Shown here in pieces: positions 52,840-63,426 of a DNA stretch of 64,000 nt (within the stretch, counting starts at the first letter, position 1; each line of letters begins with the position of its first letter). The notes below the pieces were generated by a model, which saw only the letters and a list, made by a program, of their open reading frames with translations, had not been told where the DNA came from and searched no databases. The stretch spans positions 18,724,001 to 18,788,000 of the forward strand of contig CM052823.1 of assembly GCA_028534125.1 (NCBI GenBank), written 5' to 3'. The position numbers and the translations under genes are program-made. The stretch comes from Lama glama (Eukaryota).

Positions 52840-53540
52840 TACCCGTCTTGAGAGCCGTGGTGACCCACTGTTTGCACAGTACCAACCTGGTCATATTTTT
52901 GACTGTCTTCATCACGGCTTTTGGCGTGCCTGGCAGTTCTCTCCATATTCCTGCTTTCTGTCTCTCTTACAGCAGTGGGTGTCAGTTAATATGAAAAACA
53001 TAGTGACTTCTTTGGGCAGTGGGGAGTGTGGGCGAAAACTCACTTCCTCAGGCAAACAGCGGAGTATGGGAGGGGAGAAACTATGGAATTTGGTTGAGGA
53101 AAAAGAAAGAAAATAAGTTTATTCTCGTCTCCTGGGAGCTAAATTTGACAAACGCCTGACTTAATAAGGAAACCCAGGGCCTTCCAATACTCAATATTAT
53201 GTACATAAAAGAGAACAGCAGTGTCTCAGGAAACAGCCGCCAAGGCTTCCATGAAAAATTTGAACAGCTGTCTGTTTAACGTTCTCTGTATTCCCTTGTC
53301 CTGGTGGATTCCTTCTAAAGGGAAGGGCTTTGAAAATGGAAAGGGTTCCTCTTTCTTCCCTCATCTGTGTCAATGCCATATATTTGTGACCTAAGACCCT
53401 GGAGATGACGGACACGGCTGAAGTAAGTGAACGCCTTCATAAGAAATCCAAAAATATCCAGCAAAATACACAGAAAACCTTGTTTAATCTGTTACTTCCT
53501 CACAGAGCTTCCAGGTAATGAGATCAGCCATGTTCTAAAG
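52840..53540 (-). pseudogene. PDE pseudogene C-terminal catalytic exons
   Basis: GFLMKA..SQIYGIDTDEG ~ GLMMTA..NDIYAEFWAEG; PLL*ERQKAGIWREL at 52978-52934. Confidence 0.6.
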
Positions 53541-53558
53541 GGAATTCGCAGGACTCAC

Positions 53559-53693
53559 CATCCTAGGACTTCTAAGCAAATAGATCTGTGTCCTGAGCAG
53601 AGCAAAATCCCAGTGTGGGAATGAAAATGATGAGGAGAGATCCTGTGTACAGGGGCTGTGGACAGTTTCCTATTTTTCTTCTGATCTTTGCTC
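53559..53693 (-). pseudogene. PDE pseudogene catalytic exon (LY..S..HHF motif)
   Basis: attttcag acceptor, TG|gtgagt donor; PLYTGS then frameshift to PHHFHSHTGILLCSGHRSI. Confidence 0.75.
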
Positions 53694-54028
53694 CTGAAAA
53701 TTGGATTTAAAAAAAAAAAACTTGGCCAGAATTCATAGGAAGTGCAGGACATTGTTTTTGGCTGTGACCCCAGGGAAAGTGCTCGCAAGTCAATCATGAG
53801 TCCAGTTCCGACACAAATATACATATGCTTGTGTTCTGACCATTAATTGTCCCTTGACCATTTGGAGACTCGTGTGTCTCAGTGCCCGCTGCAGTGGCAA
53901 TGATAATGGCTTGCATGAAGTATAATTTTTCAATTTTTTAAAGTGTCTTCTCATTCATCACCTTATTTAGACCTTCATGGCAACCTTTTGAAACAGACAC
54001 GGAATATTTTGTTGGTCTCATTCTTTTA

Positions 54029-54448
54029 TTTGTATTTGTTTATTTATTTTTTCCTTTTCCCTTTAAAAAAATGTTACTGAAGTACAGTCAGTTTACAATA
54101 TTGTGTCAGTTTCTGGTGCACAGCATAATAGTCCAGGCATACGTGTACACACATATATTCGTTTTCATCTTCTTTTTCGTTATAGGTTAATACAGGATAT
54201 TGAATATAGTTCCCTGTGCTCTACAGTATAAACTTGTTATCTATTTCATATATGGTAGTATCTGCGAATCTCGAACTTCCAATTTATTCCATCCCAGCTT
54301 CCTCCCCTAGCCTGATAACCATGTCTATGTCTGTGAGTCTGTTCCTGTTTGGTAAGTAAATTCATCTGTCTTTTTTTTTAGATTCCACATGTAAGTTATA
54401 TCATATGGTATTTTTCTTTCTCTTTCTGGCTCACTTCACTTAGAATTC
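54029..54448 (-). mobile_element. 5'-truncated camelid-type L1 3'UTR in a MIR, 14-bp TSD gtctcattctttta
   Basis: TSD at 54015-54028 and 54449-54462. Confidence 0.9.
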
Positions 54449-54639
54449 GTCTCATTCTTTTAGATGGGGAGATTGAGGTGTCTGAAAGTCAACTGACTTG
54501 CCGAACATCTTATATCTGGGGAACAGCAGAGTCAGGCCCGGAATCCAGGTCCCTTGATCCCTAGCTCAGTGACTTCCTAGGAGCTCTTTGGGACACCGGT
54601 GTTTACGTGGGGGAGCATGTATCTGAATTCTCTAGGGAA

Positions 54640-55165
54640 CTGTATTGCATGGGTTTCTCCAGGCTCCAAGTGACAGAAAACTCAGTTCAACTTCTCTTAA
54701 GGAAAAAGAGGGGATTCATTTGTTCACAAAACTAAGGAGTCTGGGAGGGCTGGTTGTCATAGTGGATCCAAATCCTCAAAGATCTTGTGAGAAATATGTT
54801 ACATCAAATCTCTAGGTAGTCTTTCCTTCTGTGTGTGTGTTTTTAATTCGTAGGCAAGCTTTCCCTCTGTAGTACAAAGACAGGCAACAGCAGCACTCAG
54901 CCTTATAATCCTCCAGTGAAGTCGTATCAGCTAAAGCAAGTCCCCCCTTTTCTAATAGTTCCAGCCCAAATCCTCGGATTGGTTTTCCTTGGCCTGGTTT
55001 AGGGCACATACCAGGAAAAGTGATGCCTGCGAGGGCAGGCCTGGTTCATGAGATGCGGCAGTTCTAACGGCATAAACCCAGAGTGGAGGAATGGTGGTTT
55101 CTCAAAGGAACGTCACAGTGCTATTACCCAAAGAAGGAAGAATAGATGCTTGGCAGGAAGAAACA
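54640..55165 (-). mobile_element. Old MaLR LTR (MLT1K/L-like)
   Basis: caagtgacagaaaactcagttcaa..gggattcatttgttcacaaaact..gatgcttggcagg. Confidence 0.65.
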
Positions 55166-55436
55166 GCAAATTTCCTCTAGAAGAGCTGTGCCAGCTCACA
55201 CACGAGTTGGTCCGTGCCCCCTACTGAGATAAAACTGCAGAGGGTGGGGCATGGATGTATGAGCAAGCACCGCAGGAAGTTCTGATACACATCTCTTCTC
55301 TTCCTCCGCTTCCTCTGGCCACTGACACACACCCTCATGCCATGCTGTTCCTCATTGCACCCATTTACCTAGAATATCCTTTTCTTTCTGCTCCCCTTAC
55401 TTTACTTATCTCTCCTTTAAACTTCAGTTCAGGTGT

Positions 55437-55568
55437 NNNNNNNNNNNNNNNNNNNNNNNNNNNNNNNNNNNNNNNNNNNNNNNNNNNNNNNNNNNNNNNN
55501 NNNNNNNNNNNNNNNNNNNNNNNNNNNNNNNNNNNNNNNNNNNNNNNNNNNNNNNNNNNNNNNNNNNN
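55437..55568. other. Assembly gap (N)
   Basis: N run. Confidence 1.
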
Positions 55569-55838
55569 AGCTCAGAGGGAGGGACCCCCACGATGGTATT
55601 AATGTCCTTGCAAGAAGAGGAGAAGATCAGAGCTTGCTCTCTCTCTTTCTCTCTCTCTGCCATGTAAGAACATGCTAGAAGGTCTGCAAGGCAGGAAGAG
55701 GGCTCTCATCAGAACCCATCCATGCTGGCAACTGGATCTTGGACTTTTTGCTTCCAGAACTGTGGAAAAATAAATGCCTGTTATTTAAACCACCCAGTCT
55801 ATGGTACTATGTGATGGCAGCCCGTGCTGCCCAAGACA
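55569..55838 (+). mobile_element. MLT1A-like LTR, 3' part
   Basis: ccagaactgtggaaaaataaatgcctgttatttaaaccacccagtctatggta. Confidence 0.85.
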
Positions 55839-56237
55839 TGTGCTCCAGCTAGAGCCTGTATTCCACACTCACCTCCTCTAGCTCCTTGCTAATCCGAGTG
55901 GATAGAAAAATCTTACCAGAAGTTCATTTTGCCCAAGCTACCCAAGCCTATCGATTATCAGTGTGGATACTGCTACCGACGGGCAAACAAATGTCACCCA
56001 TGAAGGAGAACACAGATTTAAACCATTTCAGATCAATGTTTCTGATGCCCCTGAAGTTCTCCAGGACTTAATGAAAATTCTGATTCCTAGGTTTTCAGGT
56101 GTGATACTATATTTTAATTAGGCTCTAAGATCAACCTCATGAACTTGTAGAAAAACTTCAAGAATTCCTGCGCTGATTCAACACTTCAAGCATCCAGGTG
56201 AAGCAAAGGGGGAAAAAAAACAGATGAACTCAGAAAC

Positions 56238-56657
56238 TTTTGCCATCGTTTTCTTAGGTTACTGCATGAGTGCTGCTGGTATTTATCACGTTCAGGATAA
56301 AATATGTGCATTCCATGAGGCACCCATTTCAAAAAACAAAGCAATTGCTTCAAGCCTTCCTGGGGCTACTCAATTTCTGCTATGCCGTACGTCCACAAAA
56401 GCCATCACTGTTCGATCTCTTCATCACCTAATAGAAAATTTGGTAGCATTGACTCATGACTCGAAAGTATTTGGGCACGGTCAGGAATGAAAAGCAGTTT
56501 CTGAGTTCTGAGTCTGTTCTAGTACTTCACAATGAGCGTAAACCATTTTTTTCTTACCACCGACTCATTTCTTGGAATAGTGGAGATGTGTGTTGATGCA
56601 AAGCACTACAAGATATCAAAGTCCCAGGGACTTAATTCTCAATGACCATGCAACCTG
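56238..56657 (-). pseudogene. PDE pseudogene exons 56558-56657 and 56238-56427 (start of catalytic domain)
   Basis: Acceptors ttttcaacag and ttctattag, donor gtaaga; MAFVDV/GIAE..EGLKQLLCFLK..VP ~ RMFTDLNLVQNF..EVLCRWILSVK; ECTYFIL ~ QCMFAAL; AVT*ENDGK at the ALSHDLDHR position (degenerate). Confidence 0.6.
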
Positions 56658-57400
56658 CTGTTGAAAAATAAGATATTAACACAAAATTAGAACCCATTGT
56701 TTCCCCACATGTCTACGTTTTGTGAAACAGGGTGCACTTTAAAAATTTATGATTAATAAAAATAAGAGAAGTTATCTACCTCTCCCCGTACAAAACTTCC
56801 AATTTTATCAATGATGTGCTTTACAATTGATGAAAAGTTACAGTGAACAGAGATCTGACATAAAGTGTAAAGAGCCATAATAACTTACACGGAAATCACT
56901 GAAATGGACAGCCATCTCCCGGCCTCTGCATTACCTCCTTACGGTGGGGTAACTGTGAGAAGCCACAGATTTGCATGATGTCTTTCCTTGGGGGAAACAT
57001 TTGTTCAAATTAATTTCTAGAGTTCTCTCTTACATCAAAAAGAGTCTATAAATGTGTGTGGGAAAGGCCAGGATAAGAACTTCTCTTTCTACTGGAAAGG
57101 GTCGATACACAAACACACATACACACAAGTACACCCCTATGTACATCCACACATGCACTCACACACACCATTGTTAGGAACTCAGTTGATTCTGCAGAAT
57201 CATGTCAGAGGGATAACTTAATTATACTAGACTTTTCCTCAAAATGGCTCAGTGTATTCAAAAGCCCACCTTAGAGCTCTGGAGCAAGAATCATAGGCCT
57301 TTGCTTTGATAGGCAACACTCTGCCTGCCACTTAGCATCTTTCCTGACAATAATTTCATACACACTTCAAATGAGGGTGAAGAATTTATGGACAAGCTTC

Positions 57401-57635
57401 TTTTTTAAGGGGATAGATGCAGCTTTTTTTAATTAAAAAATATTTTATGCAACTTTTAAAGGTTACACTCCATTTATAGTTTTTACAAAATGTTGTCTAT
57501 ATTCCCCATGTTGCACAATACATTGTACAACATCTTATGCCCAATAGTACCTCCCACTGACGCATCCCTCTATTGTCCCTCCGTCACCACTGGTAACCGC
57601 TAGTTCATCCTCTATGTCTGTGAGTCTGCTTATTT
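57401..57635 (-). mobile_element. Short L1 3' end with 16-bp TSD tttatggacaagcttc
   Basis: aacttttaaaggttacactccattt.. L1 tail; TSD at 57385-57400 and 57636-57651. Confidence 0.85.
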
Positions 57636-58012
57636 TTTATGGACAAGCTTCCTAACTTCCACCTTTCAGTAGTCATAGTTATCACTGCCAAATAAATGAT
57701 CACTCTGAAAGAATGTGATGGCAAACCAAAGGTGACTCAAAGTAGGTTGTGGGAAGAAATGAACCCAACTGCCAGCCAAATTTCTCATTGAACATGTCAT
57801 TCAACAGCATTTACATAATAGGTATTCAATTATTATGGGTTTACCACGTTTGCTTACAGACACTGTCGAGGATGCAGGAAAAAGAATGATGATGAGAAAA
57901 ATTTAATTAAGAAAACTTAGTCAACGTTCAGAGACTGGATGGTGTAGGTACAGACTTAACCTCAGTTGATCTGTTGCAACACTGTGCTTATCTCAGGGGT
58001 ACCTGTATCCAT

Positions 58013-58380
58013 ACGGCTAGAAACTGAATGCTTGTGTTCCTCCCAGATTCACATGTTGAATCTTAATCCCCAGTGTGGTGGGATTTGAAGGTGGAAACTT
58101 TAGGGGTGACTGAGTTGTGAGGGTGGAGCCCTCATGAAAGGGATTAGTGGCCTTATAAGAGATCCCAGACAGATCCCTCACCCTTTCCACCACATGAATA
58201 TTGGTGAGAAGGCAGTCATCCTTGAGCCAGGAGTCAGTCAGTGGGCCCTCCAGGTACCACGTCTGCAGGCACCTGGACCTTGGACTTCCTTGACTCCAGC
58301 CCTGTGGGAAATGAATGTGTGTTGTTTACAAACCACCCAATCTATGGCTTATTTCATAGAAGCCCAGTCGGACTCAGACA
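58013..58380 (+). mobile_element. MLT1A0-like solo LTR
   Basis: ctgaatgcttgtgttcctccc..gagggtggagccctcatgaaagggattagtg..gactcagaca. Confidence 0.85.
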
Positions 58381-58737
58381 GGCTAACTGGTGATTAATAC
58401 AGTCCTGTGCTGGCATCTGAGACAAGACAGGGCCAACCTGTTCATGGAAAGCACTTAGTTTGATGGTTTGTGCCTAGTTTCTATTACATCCTTTTGGTTT
58501 CTGCTACTGAGCCTAGACTGTTCTGGCTATGTGGCAAAGAAGGATAGAAAAGGTACCTCCATGGATGAGGCTGTGGCTCACCTAGCACTGACAGCAGCCT
58601 TACGGTGGAGGCAGGATTGTCTTCATTTTGTCAGTACTAGCCTAGGAGAAAACAGCATAGCAGGATTGAAACCCAGGTCTTTGTCTAAGATTAGCACCCT
58701 ATATACTTTCGTGATCTTTTCTGCCCAACTGACTTAC

Positions 58738-58909
58738 CTCAATTATCTTTTCATATTAAACTGAGGGCTAAAAGCAAAACAAGAATATATTCCAAAAGCA
58801 ATTCAGTTTGCGTCTGTTAATCTTTGCTGAGATCAAGCTCAGAATCATTATTGTCGACCAGAAGGTCTGCAAATGAAGGCTTTCTTCTCCCTTGCTTGCT
58901 TGTTGCCTC
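58738..58909 (-). pseudogene. PDE pseudogene GAF-B C-terminal exon
   Basis: ctgtag acceptor, GAG|gtaagt donor; ADLLVDNND..LSKD*Q..LLLEY..YEKIIE resembles the GAF end pattern AQLVNK..FSK.DE.LLE.F..YE. Confidence 0.6.
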
Positions 58910-59084
58910 CTACAGAACTTGGCTGTGCCATTCAAACACCCCTCTTTGATAAACAGAACTATGTATCAAGAAAGAGCTATTAATCTTCTTATAATTCTTG
59001 CCTCAAAGTAGGTAGGAAAATAGGAAAATTACACTATGGAATAACAATACTACACAGGATAATATTTTATTGTATCCTTAATAC

Positions 59085-59330
59085 CATTTTCACTGGCAAA
59101 TAAAATAGACTTATGGGAAGACTCCCTGTACCGCTGGCACCAGGAGACCAAGAATATATACGTGTATTAGATTTTCTGCGTTAGTTTCGATAAAGTAAAT
59201 TTAGCAATTACTTATTCGCTACTCACTGAATGGGTGGCGTAATCTCGGAAGGGCCATTCTCAACTGGGATACGGGAAAAGTTTAAACATATTCTCCTTTG
59301 CCTCTACTTTCTGCCACTCTATGTTCCCTA
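59085..59330 (-). pseudogene. PDE pseudogene GAF-B exon(s)
   Basis: RIPVENG ~ PDE2A RIPADQG; GTG..KSIL/LPVK ~ TGYKTQSILCMPIK; donor ATG|gtatta. Confidence 0.6.
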
Positions 59331-59431
59331 TTTTAAGGTGCCTAATTCTGGCAATATTCCCCCTAGTATGAAAATATGCTCCCAAGAAGGGATTGATGGG
59401 TCCATACATATAGCCATATATACTGCAATAC

Positions 59432-59934
59432 ATGATCTTTTTTGCTGAGTATTTCCTGTTTGCCCCTTTACATTCTCTGTTAACTACTCTTTACCATTCA
59501 CTCCGCCCCAGACAATGACATATGTGGATTCTGTCAAAGAGCGCTCTAGCTCCCTGGCTTTATTTTTGGTTTGAGCAATGGCAGTCCCTGGCGAAAGTCT
59601 GGATGAAAGGAGAAAAATGAAGCCAAGATACTGAATCACCTGGATACCCCTCTGCAGAGTGCCTCAGTCTTGCTGCCTCCTTTCAGTGAACGTCACAGCT
59701 CCTGGCAAGGTGCCCCTTTTCACATAGCTCTTATGTTCTAGGATCTGATATCTGCTCCCACTCCCCTAGATCCTTTGGATCAAAGAGTAGTAATTATCTT
59801 GGGGTACTGCATTATCTCTTCTGTTTTTTTAAAATACTCTGCCTACCTCTTTATAACTAATCTCTTTACTAAGCCAGTGTGAAATTATCTAATTTTACTG
59901 TGCCATATTTTCTTCTGAGACCCTGTATGATGCA
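59432..59934 (+). mobile_element. LTR33-like ERVL LTR
   Basis: atttcctgtttgcccct..gtcacagctcctggcaagg..ggggtactgcattatc..gagaccctg. Confidence 0.7.
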
Positions 59935-60039
59935 ACCAATAGGCATCTGCATTTTAAAGGAACAAGGCCTGAAGACCCAAGAAAACAAACTTAATATTGA
60001 TGGTATTTTAATACTGGCTAGACAGAAAGAATTCTAAGT

Positions 60040-60555
60040 TATATTAATAATCTACTGTCAAAAAAGTTCATTAGTCTACAGTAAAAAGCCGTCATTTAGC
60101 TCATGAGTCTGCAGGGTCCTGCTGATCTGGGGTAAAGTGACACATGTGGCGAGGCTGGCTCTTTCGACTGCAGTCAGCAGCAGGGCTTCTAGGTGGCTCT
60201 GCTGATCTTGGCTGGGCTCGTGCCCGTGAGCCTGAATGTCTGCTAGAAGGTGGCTGCTCTAGACAGGCCTCATCTCTGAGACAGCCAGGCTACTTGGCTC
60301 TGAGACTTGTGGCTTTCCTCTTTCAGCAGGGGAGCCAGACACGTTCTTGTGGCAGTTACAGAGGTCAAGAGGGGAGAAAGCCAATTATGCAGGTGCTTTT
60401 CAAGCTACTCTTCAGTTCAGGTCTGCTAACAGCTAACTGGCTTAGGCAAATCTCATGACCAGATCCAGAACCGGAATGGAAGCACCCTACAAGGTTACAT
60501 GGCAAGGGACGAGCCCCCAGGAATCTAGGAAGGTTTGGGGCCACTGATGCCACCA
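60040..60555 (-). mobile_element. MLT1F/G/H-like LTR
   Basis: gctcatgagtctgcagg..ggctctgctgatcttggctgggctc..acatggcaaggg. Confidence 0.7.
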
Positions 60556-61459
60556 GTTAACCTCAGAGGTTTTCATAGCTGTCTGCTTCTTTACTCCACA
60601 AAGGAAGTGGCATTTATCATGAGCCTTGAAAGATGAGTAGATTTTCATCAGACTGGAGAGTGCGATAGCATGTGCAAAGCCTAGAAGCTTGAAAGAGCTT
60701 GATGTGCTTAGGAAATGGTGGATGAACAATCATGCTTTCCTAAAACTTTATATAAATGGGTCATATGTTATGTACTCTTGTGTCTGGCTTCTTTCATTAA
60801 GCATTATGGAAGAGTCAATGTTATGAATATGTCAACTTTCCCTAAACTGATATATAAATTAATGCAATTTCAGTAAAAAAAATAGCAGGATTCCTTTTTA
60901 TAAATGAATCAGCAAATTATAACATTTATATGAAAATCAAATGGCCAGGAATAGACGAACAACCCTGGAGAGCACAGCTGAAAGAATTACACCCTAGATA
61001 TTTTCCAGTCCAAGAACACGGTATGTCCTTTCATTTATGTAAATCTTATTTCATCTCCTTCAGTAATGTCTTGTGTTGTTTCTGTTTTCTCAGTGTTCAA
61101 TGTAGAGATCTTAAATAAAGGATGCCAGATAGTCCCTTCGAGCTCCTCAGTGTGGCACACACCCAATAGATTGGTAAGAAGAGAAAACAGAGATTTATCT
61201 TCTCTGCCTTTTTCACATTGTAATTCAATGAAATGAGAGAACTCTGTTCTGAAAAGGAAAGAGAGTTTGGAGAGATGATAAACCATGAGGGAGTCTTGTC
61301 CTCTATCCCTTTCCCTGAAATAAACTTGCCTGTAAAATTGAGATTCTAGATCTGGGAAGGTTGACAAACTGCTCCCTGTCTGAAAGTTTCTGAGTGCAGT
61401 AGGTCGACCGATGAACCCCACGTATGAAGGGTAGAAAACTTGATGGCATGGATATTTAC

Positions 61460-61541
61460 CTGGAATATCTCTTTCTCAATATTCTATGGTCCCCAGATGA
61501 CTTCGAGAATATTTCATGTCTTCTGAAGCCATGAAGAAAAC
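61460..61541 (-). pseudogene. PDE pseudogene GAF-A/GAF-B linker exon
   Basis: ctaac...cctag acceptor, CAG|gtaaat donor; NILEVIWGP*NIEKEIFQ ~ LASLIFEEQQSLEVILKK. Confidence 0.6.
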
Positions 61542-62076
61542 CTAGGTGTTAGATGGGAGGGAAAGCTAAAATGCCGATCAAAAGATTACAGTGCAAAGTG
61601 AGGGCCTGGATCATCTACGTGGAGTGAATGAGGATGTAGCTGCATCGTTGCTGGGATTTAGATGGCAGAAAGCTGCATGGGAGTTAATGGAGAAATGCCA
61701 GATGGACCGGTTGCCACCAGCCAAGCAAGCACTGGGTGTCGTCTAGGCCGGGGAACAGACAGGGTGAGGACTTCAGCTACACATACTAGCACGACCACAG
61801 AGGCCAAAAAATGTGCTGCTTTTTATGCAGTAACGTAAAAGGAGTTGCTGACCGCCATTTTTCAATTATAGGGGGGAAAAAAAGAAAACCTAGCGTTTTT
61901 CACCCTTGAGTTTTGTGGGCTGAAGCAGTAAAGTGCGTGCCCATTTGAGACAAAAGAATTGAATGAGGCCATACTTTGCACAGCTTTGACTCACAAGAAG
62001 GAGTCTGGACTTTCATGTGGCTTGTAGAGTAAGTATTCTCAAGCAGATTGACATGATTGGCTCAGTTTTATAAGTA

Positions 62077-62312
62077 CACTTGACCCTTGAACAACACAGG
62101 TTTGAGCTGCATGGGTCCACTTACATAGAAATTTCTTTCAATAGTAAATATTACAGCACTACATGATTTGCCTTAGTTCAATCTGTGGATGCAGAACCGT
62201 GGACATGGAGTGAACCGTGTATACGGAGGGCCAGTTATAAATTTTGTACACGGATTTTTGACTGCTGTTACAGTCTACACCCTTGACTCCTGTGTTGTTT
62301 AAGGGTCAACTA
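62077..62312. mobile_element. MER8 (Tigger2-derived MITE) with TIRs and TA TSD
   Basis: ta|cacttgacccttgaacaacacagg ... cctgtgttgtttaagggtcaacta|ta. Confidence 0.9.
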
Positions 62313-62329
62313 TATTCTCAGTTTGGGAT

Positions 62330-62730
62330 GTGGAGAGCAACTTTGGCAGTGCGTCACACAGGAAGCTTTTTAGAAATCCAAGCAAGAGATGCTGAAGACT
62401 TAAATCGGACACTTGACAATGAAGTTTGTACAGTGGTATACAAGATATGTTTTAGGAGTAGAAATTCAAAAATCTGTTTGAACTTTCCAGGAGCATGAGA
62501 AGAGTTGACGACTCTTGTGTGTCATGGTCAGAAAATGAGAAACACAAAGAGGGTCAGGTTTAGGTGCAGAAACATTGCAGTCAGGGTTAGGGGCAGAAAG
62601 ATTTCATTCAGTTGTGCACATGGATTCGAGGTGTCTATGTCATATTGAGATGAAGACTTGCAATGGGAAGTTAACCATGTAATTCAGGAACTTAGGGGAG
62701 TTTGAAGGCTGGAGATAAAGATATAGCAGA
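62330..62730 (-). mobile_element. L2 fragment
   Basis: aatccaagcaagagatgctgaagact..ttcagttgtgcacatggattcgaggtgtct. Confidence 0.65.
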
Positions 62731-63075
62731 TGATTAATTTTTATGTGCCCAAAACTTTCTTAAGGACAAATTTTGGGGGAAAGAGATCTTAAAAAGTCTA
62801 ATCACCTCTGTTCTCCTGCATTGTCTGAGTAGGTAGTAATTTGTAGGGTCCTGTTGAATTTCTTGTCCCCAGTATGCCATCTAGATGCCTAAAGTCTCAC
62901 TGCTGAAATGTATTGCTTTGTTTCAAAATTGCCTTATCACGTGGTCCATTTTAATGCAAATGTTTGCGTAAGTGATACATCATTGAAACCCCATGTCTGC
63001 AATAATTTGGAAAGAAGGAAAACTGGAAAATACTAATAGAGAAAGAGGAGACAAGAATGGAGGCTACAACTATAC

Positions 63076-63426
63076 CTGTTCTTCATATTTTGGTAAAGTC
63101 TTCTCTGCAAATAAGTCTCAGGAACCATGCCTCAGAGTCAAAGATACTCTCATGGTAATCTACAGTGTCTGAGTTTTCAGTCACTTTTTCAGGTTTGTGT
63201 ATTTTCATCTTCTGATACAGGCCTTTGTTCAGTGTAAACTCAGCTACATCTTTGGCTCCTTTGTGTTTGAAACCCCCTCTGGGAGGCACATCCTTAGTAT
63301 GTAATATACATAACTGCAACGCTGCTATGTATCCACATCCTTGGAGGCTCACTGTCAGACTTTTTCAGAAAGCTGAAGAGCATTTGGATGCAAAACCAAG
63401 TGCAGTAGAGGCTTTGCTCAATTGAC
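63076..63426 (-). pseudogene. PDE pseudogene GAF-A exon (351 nt)
   Basis: Acceptor attcttttcag, donor AG|gtatag; 116 codons with two TGA; G..GYIAAL...L..KD and VAEFTLNK (~VAQAINK) motifs; a shifted frame gives GMV..RLYQN ~ GIV..QLYE. Confidence 0.75.

Noticed and set aside
56590-56640. LSPWDFDIL as a PDE7/8-type WDFDIF motif
   Set aside because: It overlaps another plausible frame, and the GAF architecture argues against PDE7/8; may be coincidence.
63290-63350. SKDVDT*QRC as an adaptin-like motif
   Set aside because: An alternative frame gives a much better GAF match that is consistent with the downstream exons.
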